From a virus, in UHGV virus genome UHGV-1374897: a stretch of 64,000 nt of DNA; one strand, written 5' to 3'. The first letter of the stretch is position 1, and each line of letters starts with the position of its first letter. The position numbers were made by a program, and so were the translations under genes. Below the pieces are notes generated by a model. It was given only the letters and a program-made list of their open reading frames with translations. It had not been told where the DNA came from and ran no database searches. Below are positions 1-8,999 of the stretch, piece after piece.

Positions 1-37
1 TAATTTGATTCTTCATTGTTTTATTTTCCTTTCTTCT

Positions 38-146
38 TTTAGTTTTCGTTTTGTTGTCCGGGGGTTGTCCCCCGTTGATGATTTCAATTTATCAGATTTT
101 CTTACCTTGTCAAATGTTTTTTGTTTTTGTATGACACAATCGTAAG
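38..146. repeat. About 110-bp repeat unit, copy A: T-rich tract, GC hairpin CCGGGGGTTGTCCCCCG, then a sigma70-like promoter TTGTCA(107-112)-N17-TATGAC(130-135)
   Basis: About 85% identical to copy B at 527-650. Both copies sit immediately upstream in + coordinates of a minus-strand gene start. Confidence 0.6.
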
Positions 147-509
147 TTATTCATCCGCAATGTTGAAGGCCTTGCGGGCGGCGTATCCCATGCGGTCTGT
201 CTCCATGATTGTCACTAGTTCCCCGGTGGGATAGATAACGGTGTTATGTGCAACCGGACGGCCCGCCTCGTGCCTCAAAAAGCGGTGGATATCCGCAATG
301 TCATAGTTAACCCCGTCCCACATGTGCACCATGTCCAAATCCTCAAGGGCGGGGGCAACGTCCCAGGGGAAAATGTCAAACACGGCCGCAACAGGGCGGG
401 CATGTGCGATTGTTTCTGCGTACAGGACGAGGGACAAAATGCCCGCGCCGTTTTCGTGCACCGCCCATGTGAGAGTTTCACCGTCTTGTAATTTGATTTG
501 AGTGTTCAT
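147..509 (-). CDS. Hypothetical protein, 120 aa
   Basis: Clean ORF with balanced composition. An AAGGAAA Shine-Dalgarno-like sequence lies upstream of the ATG on the minus strand. Confidence 0.55.
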   Translation of the reverse strand: MNTQIKLQDGETLTWAVHENGAGILSLVLYAETIAHARPVAAVFDIFPWDVAPALEDLDMVHMWDGVNYDIADIHRFLRHEAGRPVAHNTVIYPTGELVTIMETDRMGYAARKAFNIADE

Positions 510-526
510 GATTTAGTTTCCTTTCT

Positions 527-650
527 TGTTAGTGTTTCTATTGTTTCCGGGGTTGCCCCCGTTGATGATTTAACTTTAACCTATTTTATCTTGTTGTCAA
601 ATGTTTTTTGTTTTTGTATGACACAATTATAACACGCAGATAATGAGCGA
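527..650. repeat. About 110-bp repeat unit, copy B: GC hairpin CCGGGGTTGCCCCCG plus promoter TTGTCA(595-600)-N16-TATGAC(617-622) facing gene 772
   Basis: Direct repeat of 38-146. Confidence 0.6.
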
Positions 651-771
651 GTTACAACGCGCCGGAAAGAAAACCACTTGACGCCCCCCGCCAGTATGTT
701 AAATTGCAATCATCCACCGGGGAACAACCCGGAAATGAGAACACTAATTAAATAGATAGGAGATTAAAATC

Positions 772-1155
772 ATGAACAATCAAACTATAAGCAATGACGC
801 CCCCGCACCAAGAGACCGGGAAAATAAGATGAAGCTCGTGAGAGCCGCCGCCGCTAATTTAAGAGACACAATCACCTACGCCCGCCTCGCTATTGTGCCG
901 GATAAGCGGCTCGGAGACGTAGACTATCTTGAGGCGGTGGAAGCTCTCTATTGCGGCCCCCTTGGCACGGATGACGCAGACCCTACAGAGATTTTGCTCT
1001 CTGTCACTTACGGTGCCGGATTGCCCGCCGATAAAGCGGATGATGTTGAGTACGAGCTACGCTTCATTGTTGATTCTCTACCATTCACCCCGGATGACTT
1101 TTTCCGGGGAACAGGAGACGGCACAAAGGAATACGGTGCGGTCTTTACTCTCTAA
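772..1155 (+). CDS. Hypothetical protein, 127 aa
   Basis: ORF preceded by a TAGGAGA ribosome-binding site. It lies downstream of the promoter in repeat copy B. Confidence 0.55.
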   Translation: MNNQTISNDAPAPRDRENKMKLVRAAAANLRDTITYARLAIVPDKRLGDVDYLEAVEALYCGPLGTDDADPTEILLSVTYGAGLPADKADDVEYELRFIVDSLPFTPDDFFRGTGDGTKEYGAVFTL

Positions 1156-2877
1156 AAACCAACGGGTTACGATTGTGTCATACAACTTCCCCGGTATCCA
1201 TTGCACCCCCGGATTCCCCGGCACACTATATATAGAGAGAGAGAGAGACGGCACCCCCGGTTCCTTTGGATTCTTTTGGATTTAAATTGTAAATGTAAAT
1301 GTAAATGTTCCATGTGGAACAATCCGGCAATCGGGCAATCGGGCAATCCGGCAATCGGGATTCCGGATTCCGGGGTTGTGGTGGGATAGCGGGTTCAACG
1401 GGTTCCGTTGTTGCTATCGGGTTCCGGGGGTGCAACAATATGACGTACAAGATATAGGGGTTTTACATTTTTGTAAAACTATTAGTCCAATACTTGACTA
1501 TTAATGAGGGAAGGATACCTATACCCCTATGGGTATGGCTTGTATGTTGTTGATACTTAACCAGTACCAGACCGGACAATTTAAGGGCAAGACCGTGCCC
1601 CTTTTCTGCCTTCTCCAGCGCCTTCAATTTCAATCCCTATCGGAATAGTAGGAAAACCAAAACCCCGATTTTGCATTATATGTATTATGCGAAGTATGGA
1701 AGCGGATTCCTTTGAGCATCAATGAGTTACGCATATCAGGGTGCCAGTGGGAAACAGACTTTGCATCCCCGGATTCCATGGAGACCTACAGACCACTTCA
1801 TACCATAAGTTTCTTATCATCAGACGGTTGCAACAGATTCCGGGGATTCAATGGGTTGCATGCCGTACCGTTCCCGTGACGAGGGCGGGAGCAGTCCATG
1901 GCAGGCGGCATACCGTTTCCGTTGCAATACGGGGACCTATCATACCGATTCCGCTACAGGTGGGGGGATAGGCAGGCCGCTGAAACATACTGATTCCGGT
2001 GCAATCAGGGCAAAAAGGTTCCGTGATGCACCGATTCCGTGGGTATAGGGGGAAACTGGATGCCAAGGAAATCCAAACACCACCACGGTTTCCCAGGCTC
2101 CGGGGTTGCACGCGGCCCATAGTAAATAGTTGGGTCAAATTTTTTCCGTGGGGTACGGGGGAGGGGGTACCCTTCTGGGCATGTCAAGCAAAATCGACAC
2201 GCGGCCGTTCCACGGGCGGGATATACTTCTGGTCTGTTTCAGCCTCATCTGGTCTGCACCTTATCTCCGACTTGTCAAGCAAAATCGACACGCGGCCGTT
2301 CCACGGGGGGACGTATCGACCTAGAAGGCGGGCATACTCTTCGGGCAAATTTACTAGAGTGTGGCGGGGTATAGGTAGCGAGATGGTACATTAGTCATGA
2401 AACAGGAGATAGGGCACTACCATCGACCAAATTTGCGCACGGCGGGCATAATGCGAGGGAGCGGCTCTCACGGATTTGGCGGTAAAGAAAAAGCCCGCAG
2501 GTAGCTTGACGAGACTACCCACGGGCGTAACTATGGAAAATGCCTGTAGAAAGGAGAGTGTTTGGTCCGCTCCTGTGGCGAGCAAGTTCCTTGCTTGGGA
2601 TAGCCAGAAGCATTGAGCTTAGCTGGTTCGGTTGCCGTTCGGAGCGAACAGGTGCAACATATCACATCAGGGGAGAAAGTCAAGAGGAAATCAGCGTGAT
2701 GGACGCGTTTACGAATTTAATCCAGTGTGGCGAGGTAGAAGGAGGGGATGGGGTCCGGGTGGATAGTTGTAGCGGAGGGATGGTTGCGGCGCGTTCTAGG
2801 GTAGGACCCTCGATTAAATTCAGGGGATTTGGGGATTGTCTGTCATGTGCAACCCGTTTGGCCAATATACAAAGTTC

Positions 2878-2905
2878 TTGACATTTGTTTAGGGTGTGCT
2901 ATCCT
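2878..2905 (+). promoter_or_regulatory. Sigma70-like promoter TTGACA-N16-TATCCT inside the non-coding region
   Basis: TTGACA at 2878-2883 and TATCCT at 2900-2905. No protein gene follows before a terminator. Confidence 0.35.
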
Positions 2906-2911
2906 ACGCCA

Positions 2912-3065
2912 GTTCGTAAGCATTGCAGAACGGCAAGAACCACGGCGTTTAATAGGTTCTGCCACCAAGACAATGCACCAATCCCAAGGCGACGGACTAC
3001 ATTTGTTTGTAGGTGTTGATGGAACCCCGGAGGCAGGTTTATCCTGTTTCCGGGGTTTTCTTTTA
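2912..3065 (+). ncRNA. Candidate small non-coding RNA of about 150 nt, bounded by a promoter and a terminator
   Basis: Promoter at 2878-2905. Rho-independent terminator hairpin CCCCGGAGGCAGG...CCTGTTTCCGGGG followed by TTTTCTTTT at 3023-3065. No plausible ORF with a start site lies inside. Confidence 0.3.
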
Positions 3066-3722
3066 CCCAATAGCCTCAAAATCAAGGTAAGCGATTGAGA
3101 ATTAAAATCATAGTAGGAAGACATTAAGGTTAAGGAGCTTGCTCTCCTATAACTGACCTTGAAGGCATTACCAATGTTTAACACAGGTTCGGCTCTTCAT
3201 AAGTCGTTGAGAATCAGTAAAACCCCCTTCGGCTAACAGAGTTTAACAGAGGCCTAACATTGGCTCTGTGATAGTTAAGTGCTTTAGATTGAACCGCTTC
3301 TGAAATCCTAACACTTAACATTGATACCATTGAATATTATATACGTATATAGGGAACCCTATACCCCTTTTCTTATAAAAAAATATTAAAAATAAATATG
3401 TATTATGTTATGTTATTTTAGAAAAAAGGACGCTACTACCGTTTCACTATCAATCACTTATGACCTAACAATAACTAATTGACACCTCTGTTAGCCCCGG
3501 AACCCACGGAACCCAGAATCCACGGAATAACAGAAGCAAGTTCCTCATAATCAATGGACTTCTCAAATCCTAACAGAGGTGTCAAAAACTTATCAATCAG
3601 CCGAAAACTCTGTTAGGGTCTGTGTTAAAACGAGCAACCTCAATAGGTTACAACTACCAAAGAATTGGAACAGAGGGCACCTTTGTCCCAATCCTAACAC
3701 AATAACACAATAACAGACCATC

Positions 3723-4598
3723 ATGACACAGTTTTTGAATTTTCACTTGACAGCCCGCGTCCTGTCTGCTACCGTGCCGTCGATGAATACATCAACACCA
3801 CAAAACACTAGTCGGACCGTCGAGGACCATGTGAACCAGTTTGTGCTGGAGTACATGCTCTATCTGCGGAGTTTCATGGATGAATATCCCATCGCAGGGG
3901 TATCTCCCCGCAACAGTTCATGTTGCGACGCCATCTACCTCGAAAATGATTCCCTCCCAATATATATACAGGGACCGGACAGTCGCCCGCTATCGTCTAC
4001 GCCATTGGTGGCTTTGCTTCAATATTTGGCAGAGCGGCCCTTCGTCCGGTTTACGCTTCCGACATTCTACCAGCTCCTGACCACAATATATGGTTCCCCG
4101 GTAACCGAGACCCCATTCAACCGATTGCTCTGCGCATCCACGGTAGCCCTCGATATCGCGGATTCCGTGGGTTCCGAGGGTGCCATGTTCACGCTCGCGC
4201 CACGGGCTATGGACTTTGTACGGAACCTTCCCAAGAGCAAAGATACGGAGACCATCAAACTGATAGAAGAGAACTTCCATATCCCATGCCCCGTAGCCCA
4301 AGGTCCTGCGTCCAATTCCCACTTCATCTATTGGGAGGTGATGCCACAACTGACCACCGACACCGCGAGGCGATACCTGAAAGTGCTTCACTTCGCACAA
4401 GAAGGGAGACGTAGTCCCGTAGGTATTTTCGCCCTCCATCGTAATGAGGTCTATTCCCTTTCCAGCCTCATGTCCACCTTGCGCGAGATGAACGAGAGGC
4501 AACTTATTCAGTGGCCCAAAGAAGGCGAGAAGGAAAGCGCGGAGGCCCGTATAGAAGAATTTGAACCCGTCTTCGCAACTATTGAACCCAAGAAGTAA
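3723..4598 (+). CDS. Hypothetical protein, 291 aa; first gene of the replication operon
   Basis: Long ORF directly downstream of the ori-like region. Confidence 0.55.
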   Translation: MTQFLNFHLTARVLSATVPSMNTSTPQNTSRTVEDHVNQFVLEYMLYLRSFMDEYPIAGVSPRNSSCCDAIYLENDSLPIYIQGPDSRPLSSTPLVALLQYLAERPFVRFTLPTFYQLLTTIYGSPVTETPFNRLLCASTVALDIADSVGSEGAMFTLAPRAMDFVRNLPKSKDTETIKLIEENFHIPCPVAQGPASNSHFIYWEVMPQLTTDTARRYLKVLHFAQEGRRSPVGIFALHRNEVYSLSSLMSTLREMNERQLIQWPKEGEKESAEARIEEFEPVFATIEPKK

Positions 4599-4603
4599 AC
4601 GCC

Positions 4604-7474
4604 GTGTCTATACCGGAAACAAAACTGACCGCCGTAGGCCTAACCAACGGACAACTCACCTATGATAAGGATAAATTCCCCAATGCCGGGGGATGCAACC
4701 ATCCGAATCAAGTGAACCTTGCGGACGTGGAGAGCTTTTTCTCCGCGCCCGCCGGGGCTAAAATTCAGCCCCAGCTACTGCGTTGGAGGTTCTTCTCAAC
4801 CATGTACGACATGAAGGAAGGGAGGGAGCCGCGAGTTTCTCTCCCCTCCCTCTTCACCCGTACCTATAAGAAGTGGGAAGACCAGGGGTGGCTACCTCTG
4901 GTGAAGCGGGCACTCCCTGCCTTCGTCCCCTCCGTCAAGTTCCTCGGTGCGCCCAAAGAGTTGGACGGCATGTACTTCTCCAATAAGAAGCAAGTCATGA
5001 CCGATTTCTATTCTTGGGAACATACCGGAATATTTGGGATAGATATTGACCGTGGCCATGATGGGAATACGGATGATGCGGATGCTCTCTTCTCCACTGC
5101 CCAATCCATTCTTCCCACTATTCCCGGATTCCTCTTCGCATATACCAGCCCCAGCGGCGGGATTAAGGCGTTGTTCCGTATCTCCGCATCCTATACTCAA
5201 AAGCTCAACAACCCCGGAGCATCCACGGATTCCACGGATAAAACGGCTACCGAGGTTGCGGAGGAACTGCTGGACAAGCGTCTCCTTCTCCATAGTGCCA
5301 TCTACCACTATATCGCGGAGACCGTGGAATCCCGGACGGGACTATTCACGGACCCGCGATGCGATGACCCTGCACGTCTCCAATACATCTATTGGGGCCA
5401 GTACATCGCGCCGTTAGGGGATGAGGCTCCCTACTTTACCTTACCCTCTGACACCGAGGAACTGATTGCCAAGTATGGTAAGAAGAAAGCACCGAGGACC
5501 CGCTCCTGCAACCGTGAACTGCGCGAAGGCGAAGTGTTGCCGCAGGTGTTCCGCGACTTCGCTAACTGGTTGGAAAATAGAGGACACGAGCCGGAGGCGA
5601 CCGCGGTACGTGAGATGCTTAGGACCAGACCGGATGGTAATAACCGTCTCTACAACTACTGCCCCTGTTGTAAGGAAGCATGTACCAATGCTCGCCAGAA
5701 TACGGACCTCATGCTGGAAATCAACTTGGACTTCCCTCTTCAATCGTTCTTCTTCTGTCTTCACGGCTCCTGTCAGGACCGGAAGAAGGTGAAGCTCCCG
5801 ATGCAGAAGTTGTGGAAGATATATACCACGGACCTCGAAGCCAGAGAGAACTACGAAAGCGAATGCGATGACAAGAACCAGTTGGAAGTCTATCCGTGGG
5901 CCAGTTCCCTTCCTCTGATGGAATGCGCACAACGTGGTCTTGACGTTAATAACCGAGGGACTAAAGGACTGCCTGAACGTAGTGAAATTGACTACAACGG
6001 ATTGGCATACCTCCATGTGAAGAAGGATGGAACTCCGCGGATTACGATTGACAACCTCCGCATCATGTTGCAAGGCCTTGGCTACCTTCCCGTGCGCAAC
6101 TTGTTGCGTGATTCCAATGAGTTGCTCGACCTCAATACAGGTAAGTTCTATAACACGGACAAGGACACGCTAGCCACACTCACCGCATGGTGGGAGAGGC
6201 TTACGGATGGAGCACACACTCCGCTCAAGTATTTCTCCGACGCGTTCTATGCGCTCTGCCCTCGTGCCTCCTATCACCCGCTTGCCACTCTCGTTTGTTG
6301 TAACGAATGGGACGGGCAGGACAGGTTGTCCGAGTACTTGAGCCTTCTTCCCATGAATCAGGAGCACCCGGTTCCCCAAGCCCCCGAAGGCATGGAGCCA
6401 TTTACTCCCGACACATGGAGAGATGCAGTTCTCACTACGTGGCTCGTCACCGTATGGCGACGGCTCATCCTCCATATCACCGGACGAGATTCCGAGATTC
6501 CGCAGAACTACATGCCCATCTTTGTCGGACCTCCCGCTACGGGTAAGGACAAGTGGGCAGACAACCTCTTCGGAAATATTAAGGGCTTAATGACAGACGT
6601 GCAGGACATGTCCTCCCAAGGTGTTGACCTCTCCATGCTTCTCTCCCAGTTGGTGGTGCTCAAGTGGTCCGAAGTGGATGACATCCTACAGAACCGCAAA
6701 ATGAGTTCCCGCATTAAGAAGCTTATCACTTCCAACGCTTCTACGGACCGAAGGAAGTATGCGGAGAACCTGTCAGACTTCCAGCACATCGCCAGCTTCA
6801 TTGGCTCTACCAACGATGACCAGCCGCTCATTGACCCCACAGGGAACCGTCGATTCATCCTCCTATATACGGGCTACCCGGAGACGCAGGAACGAGCCTT
6901 CGATGCTACGTGGGAACGAGTGGACCGTATGATGGCTATTGACAAGGTACAGCTTTGGGCGCAGATTAAATACATCTCGGACCATGCGGGTCCCGGTGAA
7001 TTTACATGGAGAAAGCTTACCGACGTGTCGGAAGACTTCAACAAGGAATACGGTGTTGACCTTGGAAGTGAAGAATACCTCGCCAATATGGTTCGTCCGG
7101 TCGATTACAAGTGTGACAAGACGAAGGATGGTTCTGACATTGCTAGGGCCTTCTATGAGCAAGTATCTACACCCAAGGCTCTTCTCCGGTACATTAAGGC
7201 GCAACAACAGGATAGGGCCTTCCTCGACATCAAGGAACCCACGGCATCCGAGACTAAATCGTTTACGAACGCCCTCGGAAGCGTTTACGCTAACTGCAAC
7301 GTGAATGTCAAGTTCACGGATTCAACGCAGATTGTGCGTAAGAACACCTCCTTCCGTCGCATGACCTACTTAATGGTTGAGGACTGGTTGAGGGTTTTGG
7401 ATGCGGAATCTAAGGAACGATGGTACGCAAGATTCCCTGAATGGAAGGAAAGAGACTTACATGTAGAACTGTAA
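4604..7474 (+). CDS. DNA primase/helicase: AEP-type primase-polymerase N-terminal part plus D5/SF3-like helicase C-terminal part
   Basis: GTG start. DxD primase motif FGIDIDRGHDG. Walker A FVGPPATGKDK and Walker B VVLKWSEVDD in the C-terminal half. Size 956 aa. Confidence 0.65.
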   Translation: MSIPETKLTAVGLTNGQLTYDKDKFPNAGGCNHPNQVNLADVESFFSAPAGAKIQPQLLRWRFFSTMYDMKEGREPRVSLPSLFTRTYKKWEDQGWLPLVKRALPAFVPSVKFLGAPKELDGMYFSNKKQVMTDFYSWEHTGIFGIDIDRGHDGNTDDADALFSTAQSILPTIPGFLFAYTSPSGGIKALFRISASYTQKLNNPGASTDSTDKTATEVAEELLDKRLLLHSAIYHYIAETVESRTGLFTDPRCDDPARLQYIYWGQYIAPLGDEAPYFTLPSDTEELIAKYGKKKAPRTRSCNRELREGEVLPQVFRDFANWLENRGHEPEATAVREMLRTRPDGNNRLYNYCPCCKEACTNARQNTDLMLEINLDFPLQSFFFCLHGSCQDRKKVKLPMQKLWKIYTTDLEARENYESECDDKNQLEVYPWASSLPLMECAQRGLDVNNRGTKGLPERSEIDYNGLAYLHVKKDGTPRITIDNLRIMLQGLGYLPVRNLLRDSNELLDLNTGKFYNTDKDTLATLTAWWERLTDGAHTPLKYFSDAFYALCPRASYHPLATLVCCNEWDGQDRLSEYLSLLPMNQEHPVPQAPEGMEPFTPDTWRDAVLTTWLVTVWRRLILHITGRDSEIPQNYMPIFVGPPATGKDKWADNLFGNIKGLMTDVQDMSSQGVDLSMLLSQLVVLKWSEVDDILQNRKMSSRIKKLITSNASTDRRKYAENLSDFQHIASFIGSTNDDQPLIDPTGNRRFILLYTGYPETQERAFDATWERVDRMMAIDKVQLWAQIKYISDHAGPGEFTWRKLTDVSEDFNKEYGVDLGSEEYLANMVRPVDYKCDKTKDGSDIARAFYEQVSTPKALLRYIKAQQQDRAFLDIKEPTASETKSFTNALGSVYANCNVNVKFTDSTQIVRKNTSFRRMTYLMVEDWLRVLDAESKERWYARFPEWKERDLHVEL

Positions 7475-7518
7475 GAGAAGGAGTTACAACTCCCTCAAAA
7501 ATTTCTTCCAAAAACTTC

Positions 7519-7546
7519 TTGACAAAAATCTAATCTTTGATACATT
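7519..7546 (+). promoter_or_regulatory. Sigma70-like promoter TTGACA-N16-TACATT
   Basis: TTGACA at 7519-7524 and TACATT at 7541-7546, upstream of gene 7630. Confidence 0.45.
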
Positions 7547-7629
7547 GGCCTCGTCACCGGGATTCCGGGGCGGGGCCAATCCCGTTCCGCTAATCCCATA
7601 GAATACAACTAAGCAAACAAGCAACAAAC

Positions 7630-8016
7630 ATGACTACGACAACCGACGACAACATGGTCACCGAGTTGAAAGCTCTTGAATCCGAGCTTCGCTCACAGGT
7701 GGAAAAAGCCGAAGCGGAATTGAAGTCCCTTCGCAATAACCACAACCGCATTGTCAAGCTAATCAATCTCCTTGATGGTCTTGGCAACTTGATGAATAAT
7801 ACGCACGTTACCACGGTTGCGGATTCCCCTCGCCCCGGCTATAGCAAGAATGGCAAGAAGCTGGGACGTCCGTCCAATGAACGTCTCGCCAACTTGAAGG
7901 CGCAGAACCAGAACCTCCGCGAACGTTGTGAACTTAGCCAGAAGCGCGACCAGCTGAACAAGGCCATTGACTCCCTTGATTGGATTATCGACTTGCAGGA
8001 AGAAGGTGAATACTAA
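7630..8016 (+). CDS. Hypothetical coiled-coil protein, 128 aa
   Basis: ORF with heptad-like charged sequence. Confidence 0.5.
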   Translation: MTTTTDDNMVTELKALESELRSQVEKAEAELKSLRNNHNRIVKLINLLDGLGNLMNNTHVTTVADSPRPGYSKNGKKLGRPSNERLANLKAQNQNLRERCELSQKRDQLNKAIDSLDWIIDLQEEGEY

Positions 8017-8028
8017 ATCTAACCTCTT

Positions 8029-8349
8029 ATGCCCAAAAGACTTATGACATTGGAAAACATGGACTACTCTCAAAGATTTAGGGATAACCTCGAGGACACG
8101 TTAGAGCAGATGCTTCCGGTTCTCTCATTCATACCCTTTGTCCTTACCCTAGTGGTTAAAGGGTATTCTCCTGAATATTCGTGGATGACGTGCTTCTTAG
8201 CGGTACTCGGCAGTCACGTGCTTCAAATTCTCTTTGTTGTTACGGTGAACTCCATTCCGAAGAAGGATTCTTTCTTTTTCGGGGCGGTCGCCGCCGCTGG
8301 TTTCTACTTAGTCCCTATACTCTGCCTCTATAATGCGATGAAGAGCTAA
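8029..8349 (+). CDS. Small membrane protein, 106 aa
   Basis: Two or three hydrophobic segments. Confidence 0.45.
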   Translation: MPKRLMTLENMDYSQRFRDNLEDTLEQMLPVLSFIPFVLTLVVKGYSPEYSWMTCFLAVLGSHVLQILFVVTVNSIPKKDSFFFGAVAAAGFYLVPILCLYNAMKS

Positions 8350-8351
8350 TC

Positions 8352-8612
8352 ATGAAAGACCTAGCAGAATTATCCCCCTACATGGGCATCTATTACCTCT
8401 CCCTATCTATGGGCTTTCTGGTCAATGGCATGCCCCTACTGAACTCCCTCATCTTCTCGCTCATTCTCGTCCTCATCGTTCTGTGGGTGTGGTCCTTCAT
8501 CTACATCACCATCACGCACCTATTGAAACGGAGTAACCGGGACATGAACGTCAATATCTTTGGCCTCTCCGCAACATTGGTCACCCTCTTCTTCATTATC
8601 ATATCACTCTAA
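8352..8612 (+). CDS. Small membrane protein, 86 aa
   Basis: Hydrophobic segments. Tightly linked to 8029. Confidence 0.45.
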   Translation: MKDLAELSPYMGIYYLSLSMGFLVNGMPLLNSLIFSLILVLIVLWVWSFIYITITHLLKRSNRDMNVNIFGLSATLVTLFFIIISL

Positions 8613-8615
8613 ACT

Positions 8616-8999
8616 ATGTACAACGAAATTGCAATCGCCGCCCAAACAGTTGATTCCCACTTCTCCTATATGGGATTAGAGGAATCAGCCGCTGACCTCC
8701 TGCGCCATCTTCTGTGGGAGATTGAAGAATACCGGGAAGCTGACGCGGAGGACCGCGTAAAGGAGGCAACCGACATCGCCATTCTCGCATTGCGCCTCGT
8801 CGCGGCGACCGGACGGGATGAAGGTTTCACCTTTGAGGATAGCGTACACCTTACAAACGAAAAATGCCGGGAAGTCGTGAACCGCATGAACCGTGCCGTG
8901 AAACTGTACAAGAAGGACAGAACCGCCGGAATTCCTATGAGCACACCTCAAGAATACTACGCGCAAGCGAAGGAACAACTAAATACACCCAAACACTGA
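8616..8999 (+). CDS. MazG-like nucleotide pyrophosphohydrolase (tentative)
   Basis: All-alpha protein with an acidic EIEEYRE...EDRVKEATDIAILALRL pattern resembling MazG EExxE/D motifs. Confidence 0.35.
   Translation: MYNEIAIAAQTVDSHFSYMGLEESAADLLRHLLWEIEEYREADAEDRVKEATDIAILALRLVAATGRDEGFTFEDSVHLTNEKCREVVNRMNRAVKLYKKDRTAGIPMSTPQEYYAQAKEQLNTPKH

Larger units (their letters stand above)
1190..3720. other. Long non-coding region: candidate replication origin and regulatory hub
   Basis: No convincing ORF across 2.5 kb. Contains an 8-bp tandem repeat (ATC[CG]GGCA, five copies) at 1320-1375; GATTCCG[GT] iterons (five or more) at 1770-2040; a 35-nt direct repeat, two copies, at 2183-2217 and 2272-2306; an AT-rich block at 3300-3450; and the inverted pair GACACCTCTGTTAG / CTAACAGAGGTGTC at 3480-3581. 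It sits immediately upstream of the primase/helicase operon. Confidence 0.4.

Noticed and set aside
1320-1375. Possible CRISPR array (short tandem repeats ATC[CG]GGCA x5; also the 15 and 18-bp repeats at 22644-22760)
   Set aside because: The repeat units are 8-18 bp with no unique spacers between them. The second set is in-frame coding DNA for an acidic peptide repeat. Neither has CRISPR repeat-spacer architecture.
1741-3184. Numerous overlapping 60-130-aa ORFs on both strands in the ORF track
   Set aside because: They overlap each other in multiple frames. They have Arg/Gly/Pro-skewed composition, no ribosome-binding sites and no operon logic. The region is dense in repeats and promoter or terminator signals, so it is better explained as non-coding.
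1440-3720. tRNA or tmRNA genes in the non-coding region
   Set aside because: No cloverleaf with a GTTCRANYC T-arm and no tmRNA tag-reading-frame signature could be found by eye. tRNAscan or Infernal is needed for a definitive answer.
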